Below, piece after piece: positions 36,342 through 45,648 of a stretch of 45,648 nucleotides of DNA. How positions within the stretch are numbered: position 1 is the first letter of the stretch; each line of letters opens with the position of its first letter. The position numbers and the translations under genes are program-made. The notes beneath the pieces were generated by a model. That model was not told the DNA's origin and did no database searches. It saw only the letters and a program-made list of their open reading frames with translations. The stretch covers positions 1-45,648 of the forward strand of contig JBDHHQ010000031.1 in NCBI GenBank assembly GCA_039589315.1. Direction: 5' to 3'. The stretch is from Gemmatimonadota bacterium (lineage in GTDB: Bacteria; Gemmatimonadota; Gemmatimonadetes; Longimicrobiales; Gaopeijiaceae).

Positions 36342-38663
36342 ATGGAAGCGAGTCACCGGGTCCCCGATCCTCTCGAGCGCCCTCAGCTCGCGCCGCTGTT
36401 GCCCATGCTCTACGTGGCCTGGGCTGACGGCTCTCTTTCGAGGGACGAAATCGACGCGATCCGTGAGCGGGCCCAGGCTCTCTTCGAGTGGCTCGACGGA
36501 GCCGATCGTGAGGTCCTGGTCGCGTGGCTACGGCCCGACACGCCGCCGAGACCCGAGGACCTGGAGCGCCTGAAGAAGGAGGTGCGGCAGCTGGCGGTCC
36601 GATGCCCGGGAGAGGTACGCCGGTCCCTGACCGCCCTGGGACTCGGCCTGGCCCGCCTCGATCCGGCCCTCCGGGGACCGTGGGACACGCCCCGGGCCCT
36701 CGAGGCCCTCGGCCACGTCGAGGAGGCGCTGGGCGTCGTCGGCCGGGAGGCGACCCGGTCCCTCCTCGCCGAGCCGGCTCCGGTTCTCGAGCGTCGAGAG
36801 ATCTCCCTCTTCGACGTCTCCCAACTGTCGTCCTTTCTCAACGAGCCCAACGGCGAGATCCGGAGAGAGGTCATGGCGCTGATGGCCCTGCCACCTCTGC
36901 GGATTCGCCCTCGACCGGACACCGCCGAATACCGGGAGCGGGTGCTCGACGCCGTCCGCTTCCTCGCCGACCGGGGATACGGCCGCATGTCCTATCCAGC
37001 GTCCGCCGGAGGAAAGGACGACGCGGCCGCCACCATCGCCGTGTTCGAGACCCTGGCGTACGGCGATCTCAGCGTCCTCACCAAGTTCGGGGTCCAGTTC
37101 GGTCTCTTCGGGGGAAGCGTGCTACAACTGGGCACCGCGCACCATCATGAGCGGTTCCTGAGGCGCATCGGCACGCTGGAGCTCCCGGGGTGCTTCGCCA
37201 TGACCGAGGTCGGGCACGGCTCCAACGTCCAGGGGCTACGGACGACGGCCGCGTACGACCCCGAAGGGGACGAGCTGGTCATCCACACGCCCGATGACGA
37301 CGCCCGCAAGGACTGGATCGGCAACGCGGCCCTGCACGGCCGCATGGCCAGCGTGTTCGCCCAGCTCGAGGTGGGGGGCCACGACCACGGCGTCCACGTC
37401 GTGCTGGTGCCGATCCGGGACGACCGGGGCGAACCGCTTCGGGGCGTCAGCATCGAGGACTGCGGCGAGAAGGTGGGGTTGAACGGCGTGGACAACGGTC
37501 GGCTGACCTTCGACGGTGTCCGGGTGGCCCGGGCCAACCTCCTGGACCGGTTCGCCCGAATCACGGACGGCGGTGAATACGAGAGCCCCATCCCCAGCCC
37601 GGGACGTCGGTTCTTCACCATGCTCGGCGCGCTGGTGGCGGGCCGGGTCAGCATCGCGGCCGCCTCGGTCAGCGTGGCCAAGACGGCCCTCACTACCGCG
37701 ATCCGCTACAGCGACCGCCGGCGCCAATTCGGGCCTGCCGGTCAGGGCGAAGTGCCGGTGCTCGACTATCTGGTCCACCAGCGGTCCCTGCTCCCCAGGT
37801 TGGCGACGACGTACGGTCTCCACTTCGCCGTCCGGGACCTGATCCGACGCTACGCCGAGGCCGACCCGGACGAGGCCCGGGAGGTGGAGGCCCTGGCGGC
37901 CGGGCTGAAGGCCTTGGCGTCACGTCATGCCGTCGACACCACTCAGGCCGCCCGGGAGGCGTGCGGCGGAGTGGGATACCGGGCGGCCAACCGGTTCGGT
38001 GAGCTCCGGGCGGACGTCGACATCTTCACCACGTTCGAGGGGGCCAACCCGGTCCTGCTCCAACTGGTGGCACGGGCCCTCCTCAGCCGCTACCGGGACG
38101 AGATGGGCGACCTCAAGCTGTGGGATCTGGCGAAGTACCTCGCGGACCGGGCCCAGGTTCGGGTGGCGGAGATGAACCCCCTCGTGACGCGGAATACGGA
38201 CCCGGACCACCTCCGGGACCCGGAATTCCTCGCCGCCGCCCTGGCATACCGGGAGGACCGGCTCCTGGGCTCGGTGGCCAGGCGACTCAAGGCCCGCATC
38301 GATGACGGCGTCGACTCCTTCGACGCCATGAACGCCTGCCAGGACCACCTCGTGCGGTTGGCGGAGGCGCACGTCGAGCGCGTGATCCACGACCGCTTCC
38401 TGGAAGGCGTGGCCCGAGCGCCGGCGCCGGGACTGTCGGAAGTCCTGAGAACGCTGTCCGCACTGTATGCGCTCAGCCGCATCGAAGTAGACCGCGCGTG
38501 GTACCTGGAGGCCGGGTACCTCGAGCCCGCCAAGAGTCAGGCGATCCGCGCCCTCGTGAACCGGCTTTGCGGAGAGGTCCGGGAGCAGGCGGTCTTCCTC
38601 GTGGACGCGTTCGGCATCGTAGACGGGGTGCTGGAGGCGCCGGCGGGGCTTGGGACAGCCTGA
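36342..38663 (+). CDS. Acyl-CoA oxidase/dehydrogenase-like flavoprotein with N-terminal TerB-like extension
   Basis: FAMTEVGHGSN, KDWIGNAA, GLNGVDNG, REACGG, FTTFEGANPVL; N-terminus LYVAWADGSLSRDE. Confidence 0.85.
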   Translation: MEASHRVPDPLERPQLAPLLPMLYVAWADGSLSRDEIDAIRERAQALFEWLDGADREVLVAWLRPDTPPRPEDLERLKKEVRQLAVRCPGEVRRSLTALGLGLARLDPALRGPWDTPRALEALGHVEEALGVVGREATRSLLAEPAPVLERREISLFDVSQLSSFLNEPNGEIRREVMALMALPPLRIRPRPDTAEYRERVLDAVRFLADRGYGRMSYPASAGGKDDAAATIAVFETLAYGDLSVLTKFGVQFGLFGGSVLQLGTAHHHERFLRRIGTLELPGCFAMTEVGHGSNVQGLRTTAAYDPEGDELVIHTPDDDARKDWIGNAALHGRMASVFAQLEVGGHDHGVHVVLVPIRDDRGEPLRGVSIEDCGEKVGLNGVDNGRLTFDGVRVARANLLDRFARITDGGEYESPIPSPGRRFFTMLGALVAGRVSIAAASVSVAKTALTTAIRYSDRRRQFGPAGQGEVPVLDYLVHQRSLLPRLATTYGLHFAVRDLIRRYAEADPDEAREVEALAAGLKALASRHAVDTTQAAREACGGVGYRAANRFGELRADVDIFTTFEGANPVLLQLVARALLSRYRDEMGDLKLWDLAKYLADRAQVRVAEMNPLVTRNTDPDHLRDPEFLAAALAYREDRLLGSVARRLKARIDDGVDSFDAMNACQDHLVRLAEAHVERVIHDRFLEGVARAPAPGLSEVLRTLSALYALSRIEVDRAWYLEAGYLEPAKSQAIRALVNRLCGEVREQAVFLVDAFGIVDGVLEAPAGLGTA

Positions 38664-38806
38664 CGGCACGACTCCCCTCGCGGGAACCGTTGGCATGCGA
38701 GGTCGGCCCGCTCCCACACGGGCGCCAACGGACCTCGGTCGACGGACCCCCGCGCTGGCCCGCGGGCCAGCGCTGTTCCCTCGTGCTTGGCAGTTGTCGG
38801 CGCGGC

Positions 38807-41530
38807 CTACTCCGCCTTGAGCGTGGTCATGGGGTCGACCCTCATCGCCCGCCGGGCCGGTATCCAGCACGCCACCAGGCCGACCGCCGTGAGCACGGCG
38901 ATCACGCTCCCGTAGGTGACGACGTCTGTCCTGCTCACCTCGAACAGCAGGCTCTCCATCACGCGGCTGCCGGCGAGGGCCCCGAGGACGCCAAGAGCGA
39001 CCCCCGCGGCCACGGGTCCCATGCCTTTGCGCATGACCAGGCCTGCCACCTCTTCCCGTTTCGCGCCCAATGCGAGGCGGATGCCGATCTCGTGCCGTCG
39101 CTGGGTGACGGCGTAGGCCGTGACACCGTAGATGCCCACGGCTCCCAGGATCAACGCCACGGTGGCGAAGATCCCCATCAGCGTCATGAGCAGTCGAGGC
39201 TGGGCAACCGACTCGACCAGTACCTCCTCATAGCTCTGAACCGCGATCAGGGGAAGCTCGGGATCGAGCTCGGCCAGAGCAGTCCTCAGTCCCGGAGTCA
39301 GGTGCAAAGGGTCTCCCCCCGTGCGAACCACGAGCGTCATGTAGCTGCCCCAGCGTCCGCCCAACGTGACGGGCGACTGCTCATGAGCCAGGTAGTAGGC
39401 CGGGGTCCGGTCCTGGCCGAGGCCCTGCAGCTGCACGTCGGCGACCACGCCCACGACCGTCCACCAGGGACGGTCCTCGTCGCCCGTGAAGCGCATCTGC
39501 ATGCCGACCGGATCCCGGTCACCCAGGAAACGACGGACCAACGACTCGCTGACGACGACGACCGGAGGGCTCGAGGACCGGTCGGAGGCCTCGATGCCCC
39601 GGCCCGTCAACACCGGAATGCGCATGGCCTCGAAGTAGCCGGGGCGCACCAGCGCCGTTGCGGCGTTCCAGTTGGGCTCGCCCTCTTCCGGCTCCGGGAC
39701 GCCTTGCAGCTCGAAATCCTGCTGGGTGGGCCCGGAGAACACGGGCAGGTTGGTACTCGCGCTGGCCGCGACGACGCCCGGCATTCCCTGAACCCGCTCC
39801 AACAGGCGGTCGTAAAACGCCGTGAGCTCCTCGGGCTCCGGGTAGCTGGCCCTGGGAAGGGATACGGAGGCGATGAGAACGCCCTCCGAATCGTAGCCGG
39901 TCTCGTCGGCCATGAGGCGCGCGAAGCTGCGCATCGTCAGCCCGGCGCCCACGACCAGCACGATGCTCAGCGCCACCTCGGCCATGACCAGCCCATTCCT
40001 GGCTCTGAGGGTGCTGCTCCGGGCTGTTCCGCTCCGCCCTCCCTCGGTGAGGGCGCTCAGGCTCTGCCCTGCAACCGTTTGGACGGCGGGGATCAGACCG
40101 AAGACGAGGGCGGTCACTACGGTCAGCAGCCCGGTGAATGCCAGAACGCTGCCGTCGAGGGTCACCTCCTCTGCCCGAGGCAGGTTCCGGCCGGCCAGAG
40201 CGAGAAGGCCGTCCAACCCCACGTACGCGAGTCCGAGACCCAAGGCGGCTCCCCCGACGGCGAGCAGGCCGCTGTGGATCAGGGCGCTCTGCAGCAGCCG
40301 GTAGCGCCCGGCGCCGAGCGCCGTGCGGATCGCCGTCTCGCGCTGCCGGGTCTGCCCGCGGACCAGGAGCAGGTTGGCCACGTTGGCGCACACCACGAGC
40401 ATGACGAAGCCGACGGCCCCCATGAGCAGCCACAGCGCCGAGTCCACGTCGCCCACCCGCGCATCCTTCAGGGGCTCCATGATGAAGAAGTGACCGGTGT
40501 GGATATCCGGGTAGTCGGCCTCCCACTGGGCCATGATCCGGTCCATGTCGGCCTGGGCCTGCTCGAGCGTGATCCCGGGCGCGAGGCGTGCGAGCCCCTG
40601 CAGGTAGTGGGACTGCCGCCCGCTGGGGTTCTCACCCAGGTTGAGCGTCGTGAACACCTCCACGTTGGGCCGTGGGTAGAAGAACCCCTCGGGCAGCACG
40701 CCGACTACCTCCGCGGCCTGCCCCTGGAGTGTGACGGTACGACCCACGAGGCCCTCGTCGGCCCCGTAGGCACGCTCCCAGAAGCCGTGGCTGAGCACGA
40801 CTCGGGTGGGGGCGTCCGGCAGGTCGTCTTCCGCCACGAAGAGCCGCCCCAGGTGAGGGCTCACCTCCAGGAGGGGCAGCAGATTCCAGGTAGCCACGAG
40901 TCCCTGGACCCGCTCCGCCTCGAAGCCGTCGCCCGTGTGGGTCAGCCCGGTCCCATAGAAGGCCGCGAGCTCGGAGAACGTCCGGTTGCTGTCCCGGTAG
41001 TCCAGGTACTCCACGGGATCCAGCGAGAAGCTGGCGAAGTCGAAGCCGCTCACGGGGAGGAACCGGCTGTTCACCGCCACGAGCTCGTCGGGCCGCTCGT
41101 ACGGCAACGGCTCGAGGAGCACCGCGTTGACCACGCTGAAGATGGCCGCGTTGGCTCCGATCCCCAGTCCCACGGTCAACAGCGCCACGGCCGTGAAGCC
41201 GGGCGCCTTGAGAAGGCTCCGCACCCCGTATCGGATGTCGCTCGCCACGTTCGCCATGAAGACCCCTCCCCTCCCCGTGTGCCGTGTTCCCCTGACTTCG
41301 TTCCGGTATTCGAGGCGCAGGCGAATCCCACTGGACAGCATGTCGACGGTGACCAGCGGCCAGCCCAGCCACCGTCTCAGTGTTCCGCTGTCGCGGTAGA
41401 GATCCCCATGGGCCTCGACCACGTCCCGTCCGTGCTCATGGCGGAAGGACCTCGGGAAGGACCAAAGAAGCAGACCGACCCAGCGGGCCCGTAGACGGGC
41501 ACCCACCCCCCCTGGTGCTGACATCGACAC
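38807..41530 (-). CDS. ADOP-type duplicated MacB/FtsX ABC permease with N-terminal prefix domain
   Basis: FPRSFRHEHG prefix; DIRYGVRSLLKAPGF, GANAAIFSVVN, CANVANLLL, RRHEIGIRLALGA, RVDPMTTLKAE. Confidence 0.92.
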   Translation of the reverse strand: MSMSAPGGVGARLRARWVGLLLWSFPRSFRHEHGRDVVEAHGDLYRDSGTLRRWLGWPLVTVDMLSSGIRLRLEYRNEVRGTRHTGRGGVFMANVASDIRYGVRSLLKAPGFTAVALLTVGLGIGANAAIFSVVNAVLLEPLPYERPDELVAVNSRFLPVSGFDFASFSLDPVEYLDYRDSNRTFSELAAFYGTGLTHTGDGFEAERVQGLVATWNLLPLLEVSPHLGRLFVAEDDLPDAPTRVVLSHGFWERAYGADEGLVGRTVTLQGQAAEVVGVLPEGFFYPRPNVEVFTTLNLGENPSGRQSHYLQGLARLAPGITLEQAQADMDRIMAQWEADYPDIHTGHFFIMEPLKDARVGDVDSALWLLMGAVGFVMLVVCANVANLLLVRGQTRQRETAIRTALGAGRYRLLQSALIHSGLLAVGGAALGLGLAYVGLDGLLALAGRNLPRAEEVTLDGSVLAFTGLLTVVTALVFGLIPAVQTVAGQSLSALTEGGRSGTARSSTLRARNGLVMAEVALSIVLVVGAGLTMRSFARLMADETGYDSEGVLIASVSLPRASYPEPEELTAFYDRLLERVQGMPGVVAASASTNLPVFSGPTQQDFELQGVPEPEEGEPNWNAATALVRPGYFEAMRIPVLTGRGIEASDRSSSPPVVVVSESLVRRFLGDRDPVGMQMRFTGDEDRPWWTVVGVVADVQLQGLGQDRTPAYYLAHEQSPVTLGGRWGSYMTLVVRTGGDPLHLTPGLRTALAELDPELPLIAVQSYEEVLVESVAQPRLLMTLMGIFATVALILGAVGIYGVTAYAVTQRRHEIGIRLALGAKREEVAGLVMRKGMGPVAAGVALGVLGALAGSRVMESLLFEVSRTDVVTYGSVIAVLTAVGLVACWIPARRAMRVDPMTTLKAE

Positions 41531-41534
41531 TCCC

Positions 41535-41891
41535 CTAGGCCGGCTTCTTCGCGGGTCCGGACCCGGTCTGAACCACGTTCGCAGCGACGCCGGACAGGAT
41601 CCGGGCCTCCTCCATCACCGCGACGCGACCCAGACGGGTCAGCCGGTAGTAGCTGCGCCGCTCATCGTCGTCCTCGTCCAACGGCCGCCGCTCGGCCTTT
41701 TCCAACAGGCCTCTCCGTTGCAGGCGGTCCAGCACCCGGTACAGGCTTCCGGGGCGCACCTTCTCGTGCCCTCCGGTGCGCTCGCTGATCTGCTGCGCGA
41801 TGCCGTACCCATGGAGCAGATCCTCTGACAGGACTGCGAGGACCATGAACTCGATGCGCTTGAGGGGGCCGCCTCCGTAGGTCTCCGTCAA
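41535..41891 (-). CDS. PadR-family transcriptional regulator
   Basis: Likely TTG start at 41891 after GGAG; LHGYGIAQQI, PGSLYRVLDRL, RRSYYRLTRLG; directly upstream of the ADOP permease. Confidence 0.9.
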   Translation of the reverse strand: MTETYGGGPLKRIEFMVLAVLSEDLLHGYGIAQQISERTGGHEKVRPGSLYRVLDRLQRRGLLEKAERRPLDEDDDERRSYYRLTRLGRVAVMEEARILSGVAANVVQTGSGPAKKPA

Positions 41892-41992
41892 TGCTCGACT
41901 CCAGCTGAGGGTCGGGATCTCCCGCGTCGCGCCGCCGCTACCGGTCACGGGGCGGCGGTTGCACGTCGACAGGACAAGCTAGTGCCTCGGAG

Positions 41993-42029
41993 TATTGTGC
42001 GCAATATGCGTATATGCCATTTGCGCACA
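41993..42029. promoter_or_regulatory. Inverted-repeat operator in the divergent padR promoter region
   Basis: Perfect 9-bp arms TGTGCGCAA (41996-42004) / TTGCGCACA (42021-42029) around a 16-nt AT-rich spacer. Confidence 0.6.
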
Positions 42030-42148
42030 CCGCGTCCCGGACGACGACACGGTCGCCTTGCTCCCCGCGGATCGGGCGGCGTACACTGCACGTCGTATCG
42101 AAGGCAATCATCGGGCTCGGCCTCTCGCGCGAGCACAGGAGTTGGAAG

Positions 42149-43009
42149 ATGACCCGAAGAATCCTCGGCCTTCTGGGCGTTCTCGTCGCACTCGCTCCCG
42201 GGACTCTCCGGGCCCAGAACGCCCAGGAGATCATGGAGCGGGCCTGGGACGTCTACCGGGAGCGCATGACCGGCATCGAGGACTACACCGTCACGCAGAC
42301 GGTCATGGGTATGGCCAGCACCATGTACTTCGTCCGTGACGAGATCGACGGTCGCGTCGTCTTCCTACCGGACATGACCCAGATGCAGGAGACCGGTCCG
42401 GGCGGAGAGGCTCAGCAGATGAACACCCCCCGGCAGTTCGACGGCCAGTACTTCATGCGGCCGGAGATCGCCGAGCGCATGACGGTGGAAGGCCGGGAGA
42501 GCGTGGACGGGAACGAGTGCTGGATCATCGCCCTGGACGATTTCGAGGGCATCGAGCTCGGCGGCATGGGCGGGGTCCAGAGCACCTTCACGCCCGAGAG
42601 CATGCGCATGTGGATGGACACGGACGAGCTCATCCCTCGACGCATCGACATGGCGGGCACCATGGCCGGATCCGCCGGCCCGCAGCCCCTGTCCAGCTCG
42701 GCGCTGATGATGGACTACCGGGAGGTCGAGGGCATGCTCTACCCGTTTCGGGTCGAGATCTCCTCCGAGGGGCTGGGTGGGGCAATGAGCGCGGGAATGG
42801 GAGGAATGACGCCCGAGCAGCAAGAGGCCATGGCGGAGATGGAGGCCGAGCTCGAGAAGATGCCCCCCGAGCAGCGGGCCATGGTCGAGCAGATGATGAA
42901 GGGCCAGATGGGTGGGGGCATGCAGGAGATGATGGAGGAGGCCCTGAGCGCCATGGTGGTCGAAACGACCGAGGTCAGGGTCAATGCCGGTCCGCCCGGA
43001 GGTCCGTAG
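42149..43009 (+). CDS. Exported Met-rich hypothetical protein (LolA/DUF4412-like fold possible)
   Basis: ATG 42149 after AGGAG; signal peptide LRA-Q; GRESVDGNECWII and DYREVEGMLYPF motifs. Confidence 0.7.
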   Translation: MTRRILGLLGVLVALAPGTLRAQNAQEIMERAWDVYRERMTGIEDYTVTQTVMGMASTMYFVRDEIDGRVVFLPDMTQMQETGPGGEAQQMNTPRQFDGQYFMRPEIAERMTVEGRESVDGNECWIIALDDFEGIELGGMGGVQSTFTPESMRMWMDTDELIPRRIDMAGTMAGSAGPQPLSSSALMMDYREVEGMLYPFRVEISSEGLGGAMSAGMGGMTPEQQEAMAEMEAELEKMPPEQRAMVEQMMKGQMGGGMQEMMEEALSAMVVETTEVRVNAGPPGGP

Positions 43010-43097
43010 GGACGTTTCCCGCCGGGCGGTGGCCTTCGAGGGCGACGGCTCGCCGGATCGGCCCGTTCACGGGCCACCTACAGCGCGGGACGAGAGG

Positions 43098-44432
43098 ATG
43101 ACGCAGAGCCCACGCATCTACCATCCGCCCGAAGAGGTCGTGCGGCTCCCCAGGAGGCGCTTTCTGGGGACCCTTTTGGGCGGAGCCGCGGCCGCGACCC
43201 TTCCCGGTTCGCTCGGCGCGACCCTGGCTGGGACCGGCTGGTCACCCTTCAACCCGGGCCGGCCAACCGCGCGGGCCTCCGTGGACGAGGCGTTCTGGGC
43301 ACTGGTCCGGGATCAGTTCCCGCTTCGGCCGGGCCTGACTCTCATGAACGCCGCCAACCTCTGCCCTGCCCCGTATCCGGTCATCGACGCCGTCAACGAA
43401 TGGACGCGCCTCGTCGACGCCGATGCCTCGTTCCAGAACCGGGGCCGATTCAGGGACCTACGCCGGGACGCCGAGGCGGCCCTGGCCCGCTACGTCGGGG
43501 CCGAGCCGGGCGAGGTCGTCATCACCCGCAACACCACCGAGGGGAACAACATCGTGGTGGGCGGAGTGGACCTGGGACACGGCGACGAGGTCGTCCTCTG
43601 GGATCAGAACCACCCGTCGAACAGTGGCTCATGGGACGTGGGTGCCCGGCGTCATGGCTACGACGTGATTCGGGTCACGACACCGGCCGAGCCCTTGGAC
43701 GCGGCGGCGCTCGTGGCTCCCTTCGAAGCGGCCCTGACCTCCCGCACTCGCGTGCTGGCGTTCTCCCATCACTCCAACGTCTCCGGCGTAGCGCTTCCAG
43801 CGGCACAGCTGTGCCGCCTGGCCCGGGACCGTGGGATCCTCACTCACGTGGACGGCGCACAGACCTTCGGGTGGTTGAACCTCGAGCTCCGGGCCATGGG
43901 GTGCGATTTCTACGCGGCCAGCGCCCACAAGTGGTTCATGGGACCGAAGGAGGCCGGCATCTTCTACGTGCGCCGCGAGTCGGTGGAGAAGCTGTGGCCG
44001 CTGGTGGTGGGGCTGGGCTGGGAGCGGGCGCACGACGAGCAGAGCGCCGCCCGGTTCGCCACCCTGGGTCAGCGCGACGACGCCACGGTGGCGGCCATGG
44101 GCCGGGCGGTGGCCTTCCACGAGAGCATCGGGGCGCCGTTGGTGGAGGCCCGGGTCCGCGAGCTCGTCGCGACCTTGAGGACCCGGATCTCGGACGCGGT
44201 CCCCGGCGTGCGATTCCACACCCCGGCGGATGCGGCCCTGAACGGGGGCGTCCTCATCTTCCAGATTCCTGGCGTGGAGCCGCGGGCCGGCTTCCAGGCG
44301 CTCTACGAATCACACGACATCGGCTCGGCGGGCATGTCTGGAGGCTTTCCAGGAATCCGCCTCAGCCCACACATTTACAACACGCTGGCGGAGGCCGAGC
44401 GGGCGGCCGAGGCGGTGGCCAGCCTGGCGTGA
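43098..44432 (+). CDS. Class V PLP enzyme (isopenicillin N epimerase/cysteine desulfurase-like) with Tat signal
   Basis: ATG 43098; PRRRFLG twin-arginine; RNTTEG, HVDGAQ, SAHKW (PLP Lys), IRLSPHIYN. Confidence 0.87.
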   Translation: MTQSPRIYHPPEEVVRLPRRRFLGTLLGGAAAATLPGSLGATLAGTGWSPFNPGRPTARASVDEAFWALVRDQFPLRPGLTLMNAANLCPAPYPVIDAVNEWTRLVDADASFQNRGRFRDLRRDAEAALARYVGAEPGEVVITRNTTEGNNIVVGGVDLGHGDEVVLWDQNHPSNSGSWDVGARRHGYDVIRVTTPAEPLDAAALVAPFEAALTSRTRVLAFSHHSNVSGVALPAAQLCRLARDRGILTHVDGAQTFGWLNLELRAMGCDFYAASAHKWFMGPKEAGIFYVRRESVEKLWPLVVGLGWERAHDEQSAARFATLGQRDDATVAAMGRAVAFHESIGAPLVEARVRELVATLRTRISDAVPGVRFHTPADAALNGGVLIFQIPGVEPRAGFQALYESHDIGSAGMSGGFPGIRLSPHIYNTLAEAERAAEAVASLA

Positions 44433-44507
44433 CGGCGAGAATCGAACCGAACCGGGACCGAGAGAATCGGGACCACGTAGAATCGAGCCCACAAGGAGGA
44501 GCAGCTC

Positions 44508-45641
44508 ATGGAACGGCGTGATTTCCTGACGGCCGGTGCGATGCTGGGACTCACCGGAATCGGCGGCGTGACCCTGCCGCAGAGCCTGGGAGCGACTCTC
44601 CTGCCGGGCAAACGAATGCCCGACGGCACGATCCGCCTCAGCTCGAACGAGAACCCCCTGGGGCTCTGCCCAGGCGCCCGAGAGGCGGTAGTGGAGTCTC
44701 TCACCTTTGCCAATCGGTATCCGGGTGCATGGTCCAGGCCCCTGGCGGAGCGGCTCGCCGAAAAGTTCGGGGTCGGCCTGGACCAGGTGGTCCTGGGCGC
44801 CGGATCCACCGAAGTGCTCCAGATGGCCGTGGAGGCCCTGGCCGGCCCTCGCACGAAGCTGGTGATCGCGGATCCCACGTTCGAAGACGTCCCGCGCTAC
44901 CGCAGGAATTTCCCGTACGAGCTGGTCAAGGTGCCGTTGACCAAGGACATGGCCCACGACCTCGACGCCATGCGTGAGGTGACGGAGGAGCGGCACCGCC
45001 CGTCCGTGGTGTACTTCTGCAATCCGAACAACCCCACGGGCACGCTCACGTCGAGCGCAGACATCGACGCGTGGATCGCCGACGCACCCGAAACGACCTT
45101 CTTCCTCATGGACGAGGCGTACTTCGAGTATGCCGACGGCGCCCCGGGCTACCACTCCGCCCTGAAGTGGGTGGACGATCGCCCGAACGTGCTCGTCGTC
45201 CGTACCTTCTCGAAGATCTTCGGTATGGCCGGCATGCGGCTGGGCTACGGGATCGGCCACCCCGGCACAATCAGCCGTCTCCGGGATTTCGCAGCCGCCA
45301 ACAACGCCAATGTTCCGGCCGTGTTCGCGGCGCAGGCGTCCCTCGACGACACGCAGCACGTCGCAGACAGCCGGGCCGTGAACACGAAGGCCAAGGCCAT
45401 GGCCCACGAGGTACTGGACGAGCTGGGGCTCGAGTACCTGCCCAGCCACACCAACTTCCTCATGCACCGCATCCACGGCGACCTCGAGGAGTACATCGAC
45501 CGCATGCGCGAAGCCGGTGTGCGGGTGGGCCGCCCCTTCCCACCCATGCTCGAGTACAATCGGCTCTCCTTCGGACTGCCGGAGGAGATGGCGGAGTGGG
45601 CGGATAATCTGAAGGACTTCCGCAAGAAGGGGTGGGTGTAA
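44508..45641 (+). CDS. Class I/II PLP aminotransferase (HisC-like) with Tat signal
   Basis: MERRDFL twin-arginine; LSSNENP, CNPNNPTG, DEAY, RTFSKIFGMAGMRLGY; AGGAGG RBS. Confidence 0.88.
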   Translation: MERRDFLTAGAMLGLTGIGGVTLPQSLGATLLPGKRMPDGTIRLSSNENPLGLCPGAREAVVESLTFANRYPGAWSRPLAERLAEKFGVGLDQVVLGAGSTEVLQMAVEALAGPRTKLVIADPTFEDVPRYRRNFPYELVKVPLTKDMAHDLDAMREVTEERHRPSVVYFCNPNNPTGTLTSSADIDAWIADAPETTFFLMDEAYFEYADGAPGYHSALKWVDDRPNVLVVRTFSKIFGMAGMRLGYGIGHPGTISRLRDFAAANNANVPAVFAAQASLDDTQHVADSRAVNTKAKAMAHEVLDELGLEYLPSHTNFLMHRIHGDLEEYIDRMREAGVRVGRPFPPMLEYNRLSFGLPEEMAEWADNLKDFRKKGWV

Positions 45642-45648
45642 GGGACCC

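Noticed and set aside
38498..41494. 998-aa plus-strand ORF, and similar long ORFs at 783-2549, 13990-15570, 27430-29142 and 50-757
   Set aside because: Antisense shadows of well-supported genes, expected from high-GC codon bias; no recognisable motifs.
1..45648. CRISPR arrays, tRNA/rRNA, prophage, IS elements, anti-phage defence genes
   Set aside because: No regularly spaced repeats, cloverleaf or rRNA-like segments, or integrase, transposase or phage motifs seen by eye. Short ncRNAs could have been missed without a covariance search.

Overview
High-GC bacterial chromosomal segment with about 37 genes. It is probably from Gemmatimonadota or a similar lineage; this is inferred only from the ADOP-type duplicated permeases with PadR, the many exported and Tat proteins, and the codon bias. 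I found no rRNA, tRNA, CRISPR array, integrase or transposase. Left to right: a partial exported amidohydrolase and a DUF3011-like/beta-barrel protein, downstream of a PAS kinase/LuxR-type two-component cluster (the kinase has a decayed upstream PAS remnant, and a 20-bp box occurs twice); an outer-membrane protein operon; glutamate dehydrogenase; yefM-yoeB; a MipA-like protein; a two-gene operon of a TIGR04283-like glycosyltransferase and an 831-aa fusion (PqqD/RRE-like + radical SAM + Cys-less SPASM-like + ArsM-like methyltransferase); a sulfatase/SOD/HAD/HupE-like cluster interrupted by a vapBC with frameshifted vapC; an ADOP permease, M16 peptidase, PafA-like phosphatase, greA-purK-purE, an acyl-CoA oxidase-like protein, PadR with a second ADOP permease, and two Tat-signal PLP enzymes. 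The best candidate for a new system is the glycosyltransferase plus radical SAM-ArsM fusion, a possible compact organoarsenical (arsenosugar-like) pathway. All assignments come from reading motifs by eye; no searches were run.
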